Assembly (NCBI GenBank): GCA_010909165.1
Contig: MU008162.1
Coordinates: 744,001 to 808,000 of the forward strand
Direction of reading: 5' to 3'
DNA length: 64,000 nt
DNA from: Anthoceros angustus
Taxonomy: Eukaryota; Plantae; Anthocerotophyta
The notes beneath the pieces are model-generated. The model was given only the letters and a program-made list of their open reading frames with translations. It was not told where the DNA came from and made no database searches. Positions 11,965 through 22,218 of this stretch are shown in pieces. Every line of letters begins with the position of its first letter. Position 1 is the first letter of the stretch. The translations under genes and the position numbers were made by a program.

Positions 11965-13855
11965 AATGAAGTGTTCATGGATGTTAAGTCTCGCACTATT
12001 GAGATATCCAAGAAGCACAAGGTGAGTTGTGCTAGTGTTAGCCAGAAGCTTGAGACTCCATCAGTACAGCTGATCTCAAAAAGAGAGCTTAAGAAAGATC
12101 CCAGGAAAAAGAAGGAGCTATACTTAGTTGTACTCCAAGGACTAGAGGATGGTCTGGAAGAAGATTCCATAGAGGCGAAAGACTTCCCAAAAGAAGTACA
12201 AGCTATACTGGATGAGTTCAAGGATTTGATGCCAGATGAGTTGCCACCGTTGCCGTCTCGCAGAGTAGTAGATCATGAGATTAAATTGAAGCCAGGGAGT
12301 ACGCCTCCTTCAAGAGCACCGTATAGATTGTCACAGGATGAGTTGCAAGAACTTAAGCGACAACTATCCAACATGTTGGCAAAGGGATATGTCAGAGTTT
12401 CTAAGTCTCCTTTTGGTGCGCCTGTATTGTTCACGCGCAAAAAGAATGGAGGACTCAGATTGTGTCTGGATTACAGAGCTTTGAATAAGATTACAATCAA
12501 GAATGCATATCCTTTGCCTAGAATGGATGATATGTTTGACAGGTTGAAGGGTGCCAAGTATTTCACCTGGATCGATGGCGGTACTATCGGATCGATTCGA
12601 GGGCATGAGTACAAAATGTTTTGTCGGACTGTATGGGGCTTTTGAATTTGGTCATGCCATTTGGACTTACTAATGCACCGCCACATTTATAATTATGAAT
12701 ACTATATTCATAGATCTTGTGGACAAGTGTGTTGTAATCTATCCGGATGACATTTTGATCTTTAGCCATACCTTGAGGAATATCAACACTTAAGAGAAGT
12801 GTTACAAAGGCTAAGAGAGAATTCTTTGTTCTTGGCAATCAAGAAGTGTGATTTCGTCAAGACAGAAATTCCATTCTTAGGTTTTATTGTCTCTGCCAAG
12901 GGCATCATGATGGACCATGATAAAGTTAAAGCCATTCAAAATTGGCAGCCCCCTCGAACATTCATGAGGTACAGAGCTTTATGGGTTTGGCTTTTGTGTA
13001 CAGGAGGTTTGTACATATGTTTGCTAAGATAGCAGCCCCCATAACTGACCTCTTGAAGACATCAAAAGCTTGGAAGTGGGATGCTGATTGTGAAGCAGCC
13101 TTTGAATACTTGAAAGAGAAGTTGAGTACTACTCCGGTGTTGGGAATATATGACCCCAAGAAAGATGTAGAAGTGTATTGTGATGCCTCAGACATGGTTA
13201 TAGGTGGAGTTTTGATGCAGGACCAAAAGCCGTTAGCATTTGAGTCAAGGAAGTTGCATCCTTATGAGATGAAGTATCCCACCTATGAGAAGGAAATGAC
13301 TGCTGTCATCCACTGTCTAAAGGCTTGGAGGCACTATCTCTTGGGTACGCCTTGACATAGTCTAATGTATCATGATACATTCCTCGCCAGTAAAACAGCT
13401 TCTTCAACTTCTCATAAGTTGAATCGCCTCCATGGTGTTTGTCAGCAGGATAAGGTAGAACAGTCTAAACCAAGAGGTTTGTTACAGCCCGTACCTATTC
13501 CAAGAGGCCATGGAAAAGTATTTCTATGGACTTCGTCATGCCTTTGCCTCCCACTAATGGTTATACAGCTATCATGACAGTGGTGGATAGGTTCACCAGG
13601 CAAGCGCACTTCATCCCCACCAAGAAGCGAGTGAGCGCTTCTGAGGCAGCCAACTTGTTCAAGAAGTATGTGTACAAGTATCATGGCTTGCCCGTGCAGA
13701 TTGTGAGTGATAGAGAATTCTGGCAACACTTGATGAGAAGTTTGAATGTGCAGTTATGCATGAGTACTGCATACCATCCAGATACTGATGGGTTAACAGA
13801 GCGAGTCAACCGAATCCAAGAAGAATACTTGAGGCACTATGTACAGATTGATTAG
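11965..13855 (+). pseudogene. Gypsy pol: reverse transcriptase, RNase H and truncated integrase
   Basis: [63 protein letters not shown]...VVDRFT and MSTAYHPDTDGLTERVN. There is a deletion after RNase H, and the integrase C-terminus and PPT are missing. Confidence 0.93.
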
Positions 13856-14335
13856 CATGCAGCCCTAGGAAGTGTATGGTAGTAAATAATAGCTCAAAGC
13901 TTAAGTAAGTAGTTACTGAGATTGTAGTTAGGGCTTGAGTATAAAAGGAGACCTAGCCCTGGACTAAATACAAGACAATTGAGCCTTGAGAGAACTTGAT
14001 GCTTGGGCTGTGCCTTGAGAGCACTTGTTGCTTGGGTTGTAAGCACCTAAGGGGAGTGCTGTGAAGGAGCTTTGTGGAGGAGGTCAAGTGAAGGGAGAGC
14101 TAAGCTCCTAGCTTAGGCAAAGATGGGGAGTTCTCTCTAGCCCTCCAGCTCTATATGTTCTTGTTGACTCGTGGTTTGAGAATAAAGAGCAGAGGCAAGG
14201 GTGCTGTCTGCGAGTCCTCCTAGAAGAGGAGGGCGGGCTACGTGGAGGCCTAGTGCTGTGTCTGGTGTTGATTTATTACCGTGGTTTTTGTTTCTAACTG
14301 CGTGGTTTTCCCCACCCCATTGAGGGGGATTTACT
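13854..14335 (+). repeat. 3' LTR, lacking the first ~80 bp
   Basis: Aligns to 3132-3600 from AGCATGCAGCCCTAGG onward. Ends TTTACT, followed by the TSD GAGGA. Confidence 0.9.
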
Positions 14336-14975
14336 GAGGAGATCAAGTGAGCCAAAAAGGGGTTCAAACTCCAGCCTTTTAAGCCCAAGCGGCGGGTTGA
14401 GAGCGCCAAAGCATTGGACTTCAATAGAATTCTTCTTCTTCATTGGACTGTAAACGCAAATTCCTTTTCCGGCACGTAAGACAACTAAAATGAGTTTGCT
14501 GTCGTGGTAGATGTATGTCTGCCGACAAACTTTGCATCCCGAACCTTCCACGTACTTTTACCGTACAAACGAAGATGGTTTTTCAGGTACGGGGAAAAAC
14601 GAGTTACTCGAAGTCACGGGCCCCTTGAAAGGTCGGAGCTGGCGAGGCTTGCAAAAAAATGGGGTCTGGAATGAGGCGATGCTGGCTTAGGCTGTTTCGG
14701 TAGCGATTGCGCAGAGAATGTCTTGGTACCAGGTGGAGGATCTCTTACCGGTTACAGTCCAAAGCAGGAAGTTTGGCTCAGATCTACGACAATGAGCTCG
14801 CAAATATCATGTTGCTCTGGTTTCTACATGAGGATCTGATAGTGGCGGATGCCAATCTCCTATGCTTGTTTTGCTTAGGTCGCAGGTCTGTAATTCAATT
14901 CATGGTAGGTGAAGTGGTCAATTGGCCGGAGGCGACCAGCGATTTGCCGGTTGTGGAGCCTGTGATCCGACCGAC

Positions 14976-17846
14976 ATGGCTGCCAGTATTATGGAATCTC
15001 TGTTTCAGAGAAGCTTGGATGATGTGGTCAAGGGGCTTCGGGTGCAGATAATCGGCGAAGGACGCTATTTGGCCAAAGTTTTGGAAGAAGTGAGGAAGGA
15101 GATCAAGTCCAGTGATGGTCCTACCAAGGTCGTTGCCCTCCAGAAATTGACCTACCTCAACATGTTGCAGGGAACTGATATGGGTTGGGCGTCGTTCCAT
15201 GTGATTGAGGTGATGAGTATGCCGAAATTTTCTCACAAGAAAATTGGGTATCTGGCTGCGTCCCAGGCTTTCTCTGAGGCCACTGACGTGCTTGTGCTCA
15301 TTACCAATCTGCTACGGAAGGATCTGTGCTCCAAGAATGAGTTTGAGGCGGGCCTGGCTTTGGACTGTCTGTCCAGGATTGCCACGCCTGACCTGGCGAG
15401 GGACCTGACACCGGAGCTATTTACAATGCTTGCTAGCCCTCGCGTGTATATCAGGAGAAAAACCACCTTGGTCCTCTTGAGGGTTTTTTCCAAGTACCCA
15501 GATGCCATCAAGATTGCTTTCAAGAGGTTGGTGGAGAAGATGGAGGATCCAGACCCCCAGGTGGTGGGCGCAGCAGTCAGTGTGATATGTGAACTGGCTT
15601 TGAAGGATCCCAAGCCGTACCTTCCCCTGGCTCCATTGTTTAACAGGCTTCTTGCAGGGTCTTACAACAACTGGATGAATATCAAGCTTGTGAAGATTTT
15701 CGGAGTCCTGGCTCCACTGGAGCCACGTCTGGGCCGAAAAATTGCCGATCCTATCTGTGATCATATGCGAAAGACCCCAGCAAAATCCCTCCTGTTTGAG
15801 TGCATCAGGACGGTGATGAGTGGGTTGTCTGACAATCAAGAAGCGGTGAAGCTTGCCGTGGAGAAACTTAGGGACCTGCTGGAACAAGATGACCCTAATC
15901 TGAAGTACTTAGGGCTTCAGACGCTGGCAACTATCATGCCTATCCATCCGTGGGCAGTGGCAGAGAACAGGGAGGTTATAGCGAGGTGCCTTAAGGATCC
16001 AGATATCAGTGTACAAATGGGTAGTCTGCGGCTTGTGATGGGAATGGTAACGGAGGCTAACCTGATAGAGAATGTTCAGGTGCTGTTGCAGTATGTACAG
16101 TCTGCAGAACCACGTTTCTGCAATGAACTCATCTCCAGCGTGCTCTCAACGTGCAGCAGAGCCCTGTATGAGCTCGTTTCTGATTTCTCATGGTATGTCA
16201 ATGTATTAGGGGAGATTGCAAGAATTCCACATAACCAACATGGGGAGGAAGTGGGAAGGCAGCTCATAGATATAGGACTAAGAGTAGCTGAAGTGAGGGA
16301 GGACCTTGTCCGGGTGGCCAGGTATCTGCTTCTGGATCCTGCGCTTCTGGGTATCTCGTCACTCCATGACGTGCTCTCAGCGGCTGCATGGGTATCAGGC
16401 GAGTATGTGAACTTTTCTCACAATCCTTACGAGCTGATCCAGTCTCTTCTACAACCTCGCACAAGTTTGTTACCTCCTGTTGTCCATGCTGTCTATCTGC
16501 AGGCAGCACTGAAAGCCTTTGTACATTTCTCGCTGACATATTTGGAGAGTGAGGCCAGTGCTGGAAAGCTTGAACTCTCTGGTGATGTTGATAGCAGAGG
16601 CAGGGGAAATGCTTCTCCGTTGACAGCTCCAGGTCTGGTCGCGGAAGGTGATAACCACCTTCGTGAATCTGATGATCAGCTTGGGGAACAACTGTCAACG
16701 AAACCCGTTCCGAAGCCTCAGTCTCTGGGTGGCTCGTTGTCAAGCCTTGTGAAGTTGCTGGAGGAGAACGTGACACCGTTGGGTAGCAGTGTGAACGTTG
16801 AAGTTCAGGAGCGAGCATGCAATATTTTAGGCCTCCTTCAAGCTTTGAAGGATGCACATGGGTTCCTGGAAGAGGAGGCTCAGCTGCCTGACAACAGATT
16901 ACACGATACTTCTGATTTGCGGGCTATAGATATTGTCCGAGCTATGAGCAATGTTTTCGCACAGGATCTTGGCCCTGTGTCTGTTTATGCTCAGGAGAGA
17001 GTGTCTGTCCCCGAAGGCCTCACACTTATAACTAGCTTGGATGCCTTAGGACCTTTGGATGATACTGATGATGGTGCTGGGGATGCTGGGAATGACGCCT
17101 CCAGTCGTCAGCGGGAGTGGGATGGTCCTATTTTCGCTCCGCATCACAAGCAGGAGGTGTCTGCGTCTTCTGAGGGTGCTGCTATGCTAGCCCAGCACAG
17201 ACAACGCAATGAGCATTTCTACCTTCCTAAGGATCCAACTCCAATCAATGACCTGGACTATCCGGCCCCAACTATTGCAGTGGAGGATGCCTTGACACCA
17301 GCAGTGAAGCCGGCTCAGGATGTATCGAGCAGCAACTCGAAGTCCAAAAAGCCCAAGGTGCGCCCTGTCGTAGTGAAACTGGAGGACGAAGGCATTGGCT
17401 CCGAGCAGCCCAAGCGCCAAGCGATAATATTGAAGGACGAATTCCTATCAAATGCTATCAGGGATGTTCTGACAGGTGACTCGGCACCCAAGCCGAAGCA
17501 CTCTACCACGTCAGAGGGCCCGGAAGCAAGTGCACGTCCGAGCTCATCAAGCAGGCAGCGTCGTCGAAGCCATCGCTCTTCCCGTGCCCATGACAAGACA
17601 GGCCAGGAAAGCAGCAACACTGGTGTTTCCGACGGGAGTCACCTCGACAATAGTAGCCTGGATCCCGGGGAGGCCGTCCCGAGAACAAACAGGAAACATG
17701 AAGCAAGAAGTGCAGAAGGCGAGGCTGGAAGAAGCGAAAAGAGCTCAGGAAAGCAGAAGCACCGCCAGAGTAGTAGCAAGCATCACCGACAGAGGGCAGG
17801 GAGCACGATCAACATCATACCCAGCACCCAAGATTTGCTTCTATAG
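14976..17846 (+). CDS. AP3D: AP-3 complex subunit delta (delta-adaptin), single coding exon
   Basis: MESLFQRSLDDVVKGLR, KLTYLNML, KKIGYLAASQAF, NNWMNIKLVKIF, AKSLLFECIRT, DDPNLKYLGL and VEVQERA, then a low-complexity hinge ending DLLL. First ATG at 14976. Confidence 0.95.
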   Translation: MAASIMESLFQRSLDDVVKGLRVQIIGEGRYLAKVLEEVRKEIKSSDGPTKVVALQKLTYLNMLQGTDMGWASFHVIEVMSMPKFSHKKIGYLAASQAFSEATDVLVLITNLLRKDLCSKNEFEAGLALDCLSRIATPDLARDLTPELFTMLASPRVYIRRKTTLVLLRVFSKYPDAIKIAFKRLVEKMEDPDPQVVGAAVSVICELALKDPKPYLPLAPLFNRLLAGSYNNWMNIKLVKIFGVLAPLEPRLGRKIADPICDHMRKTPAKSLLFECIRTVMSGLSDNQEAVKLAVEKLRDLLEQDDPNLKYLGLQTLATIMPIHPWAVAENREVIARCLKDPDISVQMGSLRLVMGMVTEANLIENVQVLLQYVQSAEPRFCNELISSVLSTCSRALYELVSDFSWYVNVLGEIARIPHNQHGEEVGRQLIDIGLRVAEVREDLVRVARYLLLDPALLGISSLHDVLSAAAWVSGEYVNFSHNPYELIQSLLQPRTSLLPPVVHAVYLQAALKAFVHFSLTYLESEASAGKLELSGDVDSRGRGNASPLTAPGLVAEGDNHLRESDDQLGEQLSTKPVPKPQSLGGSLSSLVKLLEENVTPLGSSVNVEVQERACNILGLLQALKDAHGFLEEEAQLPDNRLHDTSDLRAIDIVRAMSNVFAQDLGPVSVYAQERVSVPEGLTLITSLDALGPLDDTDDGAGDAGNDASSRQREWDGPIFAPHHKQEVSASSEGAAMLAQHRQRNEHFYLPKDPTPINDLDYPAPTIAVEDALTPAVKPAQDVSSSNSKSKKPKVRPVVVKLEDEGIGSEQPKRQAIILKDEFLSNAIRDVLTGDSAPKPKHSTTSEGPEASARPSSSSRQRRRSHRSSRAHDKTGQESSNTGVSDGSHLDNSSLDPGEAVPRTNRKHEARSAEGEAGRSEKSSGKQKHRQSSSKHHRQRAGSTINIIPSTQDLLL

Positions 17847-19404
17847 ACTCTGTCCATCGCTGCTCTGCTGCACTTAGGAGCAAGCTCACAGTCAGCATCG
17901 CACTTTTGGTTTCCGTGTAAGTACATCGACATGTTTCCATCCCCGTCCCGAAACCCATCCATGCCTGACATGAGACGTGGTGCTTGTTGCAGCAAAAGCA
18001 GCCCATTCAGCCGTGGTGGCAGTGAAGCAGAATCGGAGCAGCAGATTTAAGTGCAGAATTGGGTGCAAGTACGTTCTGTGTTGGCAGGCAGCAATCCGGC
18101 CAGGACCAGTGTGACTAAGCCGCCCCCTTGTGTCTGCATGAGTATTAGGTGCCGGAGGCAGGCAGGGCCGATCTGGGTCGCAGAGATCCAGGTGATGAGG
18201 CATGATCCCATCCATACAGATGTACATACATACGGCAGGGCAGTGCACCTACAGGCATTATCGTCATACAGAAAGGCTTGTGAGTGGAGCTCGGGGCACG
18301 TGTGTGGGCTTGTCCTAGAACCCTCCGGACTGGCAACGCAAACAGTGTGATCGGCTTGTGGCACACTTGTGTGTGCCCTGCACTCCTCACTGCTCTGCTC
18401 TGCTCTCCACAGTGTGGCAGTGTGCCAGCCACCATCTTGTTCCTTCCTGCCTTCTTGCTGGCGCCCACGGGTAAAAGGCAGGCAGTCTTTGACTAGTTCC
18501 TTGTTTAATCTTTCCTCCTCCCCTTCTTGCTTCCCTCCTCCCTTCCATCTTGCTTCCCTCCTCCCTTCCATCTGCCTTCCCTCCTTGGTGTTTACCTTGT
18601 CCGTCACACCAGGTCAGTCGGCCATGTGGTCTCGCAGCAGTCAGTGCGGAGTCGATGGTCGATGCATGCCGAATGGCATGCGCAAACGGGACGGACGGGG
18701 CGGAACGGATCCCGTCCCGCCACGACGCCACACAATCATGGCCACAATGACGTTCCACCAGCGGTGACGGCGCCAGCTTGAAGACGGGCTCGTGCCACCC
18801 TGCGCCACGACGCCGGCCCACGTTCCGCCCCACGGAACGGAACGGGACGGGGTGTGAATACTGCCGGAGTGAGGCAGTTAAAGCGATAAGCCTGGTGCCA
18901 GTAAACCTAAGGCAGGCAGGAAGAGAGTGCCCGCCCCGCGTTCATTTTTCGAAGACGTAGGCGGACGAGCGCAGCAGCGCAGTGTGCCATAGCGCTGTGC
19001 AGCAGACGCGTGAGAGGCTGCCGCGTTCACGACCCGACCCGGCACGCCCGCCCGCGCCGTCCTGCCCTTGCTCTTGCCTTCGCTGCTACCGCCATCGCCC
19101 GGAAGCACTGAGCTCTGCACGCATTTGTGCGGCCTGGTGCCAAGGGAGGGAGTGAGCTGGGGGAGGAGATGCGACTGCGCCCTGGGAGGGGCAGGGATCC
19201 AGAGGATGCAGCAGGACCGGATCCCGCGGCATTGGGAAGGGGGCGGCGCTAGGGCGGGCAGATGCAGGCGAGGAATGCCAGCATGAGTAGAGGAGGCCGG
19301 GAGGGGCACAGGCAGCAGCCGCGGCGGCAGAAGGAGAGGCAGAGGCAGACGGTCAGGATTGTGGCCGTGGTTTTGGAGGAAGGCGGGAGGGAGGAGGAGG
19401 AGGC

Positions 19405-20961
19405 ATGGGGAATTGCCTGCGCGCGAAAGCGGAAGAACGGAGGCCTAAGAAGCCGAATCCGTTTGCGAACGATGGAGTCAGGGTACCGCACCAGCAGGGG
19501 TTGCCTAAGAGCGAGAAGGTGCTCAAGAATCTGCCGGTAGGGGAGGACATCAATGACAAGTACGGGCTGGGGAGGGAGCTCGGGCGGGGAGAATTCGGCA
19601 TCACGTATCTGTGCACCGAGAAGCAGTCGCAGGAGCAGCTGGCTTGCAAGTCCATCTCCAAGCGGAAGCTTAAGTCGGCGGTGGATGTGGACGATGTGCG
19701 GCGGGAGGTGGCCATCATGCAGCACCTGCCGGCGCATCCTAATATCGTCACGCTCAAATCCGTGTACGAGGACGACAACGCCGTGCACCTGGTGATGGAG
19801 CTGTGCGAGGGAGGGGAGCTGTTCGACCGGATTGTGGCCCGGGGCCACTACAGCGAGCGGGCCGCGGCGGGGCTGACGAGGACTATTGTGGAGGTGGTGC
19901 AGCTGTGCCACAAGCACGGCGTGATGCACCGGGATCTGAAGCCAGAGAACTTCCTCTTCGCTAACCGCAGGGAGAGTTCTCCGCTTAAGGCTATCGACTT
20001 CGGGCTGTCTGTCTTCTTCAAGCCGGGGGAAAAGTTTACGGAGATTGTCGGCAGCCCTTACTACATGGCGCCCGAGGTTTTGAAGCGGAATTATGGCCCC
20101 GAGGTGGATGTGTGGAGCGCCGGGGTTATTCTCTACATTCTGCTCTGCGGTGTGCCTCCCTTCTGGGCCGAGACGGAGCAAGGGGTTGCCCAGGCTATAC
20201 TTCGGGGGCTCATCGACTTCAAACGGGACCCCTGGCCCAAGGTTTCCGACAGCGCCAAGTCGCTGGTGCGGCAGATGCTGGAGCCGGATCCTAAAGTGAG
20301 GCTGTCCGCGCAGCAGGTTTTGGACCACGGGTGGCTGCAGAAGGCTAGCAAGGCCTCTAACGTGCCTCTCGGCGGGGTGAGGGCCAGGTTGAAACAGTTT
20401 GCTGCATTGAACAAGTTCAAGAAGGCGGCCCTGAAGGTGATGGCCGAGCAGATGTCGGCAGAGGAGATCAAGGGACTCAAGGATGTGTTGGAGGGATCCG
20501 GGGCAGCTGCCGCGGCCTTCGACGCCTTGAAGCAGGACATTCAGAACGACGCTCACCTTCATGACTCTGAGGTTAAGCAGGCCATGGAGGCCTCGGGAGT
20601 GGATGGCAACTACGGGAAGTTTGAGGCTGCTGCTAAGCACCTGCAGCAAATGGACAATTTTGAGGGCTATCTGCGCAAGGCCTTCTCCCACTTCGACAAG
20701 GATGGAAGCGGCTTCATCGATATGGGCGAGCTTCAGCATGCCCTGGGGGATGAGCTGGGCCCCAATGACGGGGATGTGCTGCAAGACATCTTGAAGGAGG
20801 TGGACTTCGACAAGGACGGGCAGATCAGCTTCGAGGACTTTGCACAAATGATGCAGACAGGCACAGACTGGCGGAAGGCGTCTAGACATTATTCACGGAA
20901 GAGATTTGACAGCCTCAGTAGCAAATTGGCTAGTGATGGCTCGCTCCTGGCCACAGCGTAG
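19405..20961 (+). CDS. CPK: Calcium-dependent protein kinase (group III-like), intronless, with only two canonical EF-hands
   Basis: MGNC acylation motif, [37 protein letters not shown], junction [16 protein letters not shown], and EF loops [12 protein letters not shown] and [12 protein letters not shown]. Confidence 0.95.
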   Translation: MGNCLRAKAEERRPKKPNPFANDGVRVPHQQGLPKSEKVLKNLPVGEDINDKYGLGRELGRGEFGITYLCTEKQSQEQLACKSISKRKLKSAVDVDDVRREVAIMQHLPAHPNIVTLKSVYEDDNAVHLVMELCEGGELFDRIVARGHYSERAAAGLTRTIVEVVQLCHKHGVMHRDLKPENFLFANRRESSPLKAIDFGLSVFFKPGEKFTEIVGSPYYMAPEVLKRNYGPEVDVWSAGVILYILLCGVPPFWAETEQGVAQAILRGLIDFKRDPWPKVSDSAKSLVRQMLEPDPKVRLSAQQVLDHGWLQKASKASNVPLGGVRARLKQFAALNKFKKAALKVMAEQMSAEEIKGLKDVLEGSGAAAAAFDALKQDIQNDAHLHDSEVKQAMEASGVDGNYGKFEAAAKHLQQMDNFEGYLRKAFSHFDKDGSGFIDMGELQHALGDELGPNDGDVLQDILKEVDFDKDGQISFEDFAQMMQTGTDWRKASRHYSRKRFDSLSSKLASDGSLLATA

Positions 20962-22218
20962 GTGCGATGTGTCTTTGCAGGATACACAACTTGACAACCC
21001 TGCAGGCTGGTGGCGTCCAATAAAGTGTGCATGAGACGGGACAGATCAGAAATTCCTTGCGATTACCTGAAGCTGTACTGTATGCAATCCAGAGTTCTCA
21101 TCTTGCGTGCGTGAAGCCAATCCTTTATCTTCAGGGAAGCAAAGGTTCCCCCATCTGCTCGCCAGCAGCAACTGGTGGCTGGCAACATGGCCTGAAGACA
21201 TGCATCTAACTCAGAGGGGATTTACCTTGAGTTGTGCTTCTGTCTACTCACAGAGCAGGCAACGCTTGTAGGAAGCGAATGCTGCCAGTTGCACATCAAA
21301 GTGCCTGGTTGAGTTGCCGGTTTCAGAAACTGTGAAGGGGAGGTGGAGAAGCAGAGACGAGCATCCTTCAATTCAATTCATGTATAGATTTTTTCTCTAT
21401 GTTTCGCTAGTCTCCATGTACTTTTTCTTTAGGTGTATGCAAACAGTGAAGCAGACGATTTGCATGTGTTGTCGAGGATGGCGCTACTTGAGGATATGCT
21501 ATTTTTAAATGTGCACATTCAAGTTTGTCTGTCTATGATCCAAGACTCCTAGGCAAAATTCGTTTACCTGTAGAGTAAGCATGCTATTGTTGTCTTATTT
21601 CTTAATTCAAGGCTTCCGCTTCATCCATGGATCTGTCTTTGACATTCAATCTGACTCTAGCACTGCTGTTGTGTATTCCTGTGCTTCTCGTTTGCTCTCT
21701 GACAGATTCAAAGCAGAAAATCAAGCTGTCCGTTGCCGAGTCAAGTTTAGTACGGTGAGTTTGATAAGCAGACTGCAGTGATCAGTGGTCTACGAACTTC
21801 TCCAGCTAGGTATGAGGTGTAGTGAAGATTCTAGAAGTACTATGAGCATCAGCAGTCTTGGGGGTCTCACTTGAGACTTCATCCCTGCGAGCTCTTTCTT
21901 CGGCTTGGTCAAATTATGCATATACGCGCTTTCCAGCGCTACCAGCCAGGTGGTAGGTGTTTACTGGACTGCCTGACATTCCCTGTACGAAACGTTCGGC
22001 CAGTTGTGTGACAAACAAGGAAGACACAAGATTGGGTGCCTAGTTAGAAGGATATTATTGGTCTTATTATAGCAGGCTCCAACTCCTACATTCCTTCAAA
22101 GCACAAAGCGTCGGGTTTCTAACAACCCGGTTCCCTCTACGTACCGAACGTGCGAATGCAACGTCATTGCACTCCTCACTTCGGAACTTCGTATCCCACT
22201 AACTACGGCCCGACGTCA

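Larger units (their letters stand above)
6156..12097. repeat. Tandem duplication of ~2.97 kb (6156-9134 and 9135-12097)
   Basis: The copies align end to end. Each includes the CACTA right TIR plus ~130 bp of Gypsy pol. The junction reads AAGAAAG|CATCATGG. Confidence 0.92.
3049..14335 (+). mobile_element. Ty3/Gypsy LTR retrotransposon (chromovirus-like, possibly Galadriel lineage), interrupted and internally deleted
   Basis: 5-bp TSD GAGGA at 3044-3048 and 14336-14340. Two LTRs, a Met-type PBS, gag CCHC, protease LLDSAATHNFI, then RT, RNase H (ESRKL...YEKEMTAVIHCLKAWRHYLLG) and integrase in Gypsy order. The lineage call rests on remembered motif similarity only. Confidence 0.93.

Noticed and set aside
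19249-20889. 546-aa minus-strand ORF
   Set aside because: Antisense shadow of the GC3-rich CDPK, with no independent motifs.
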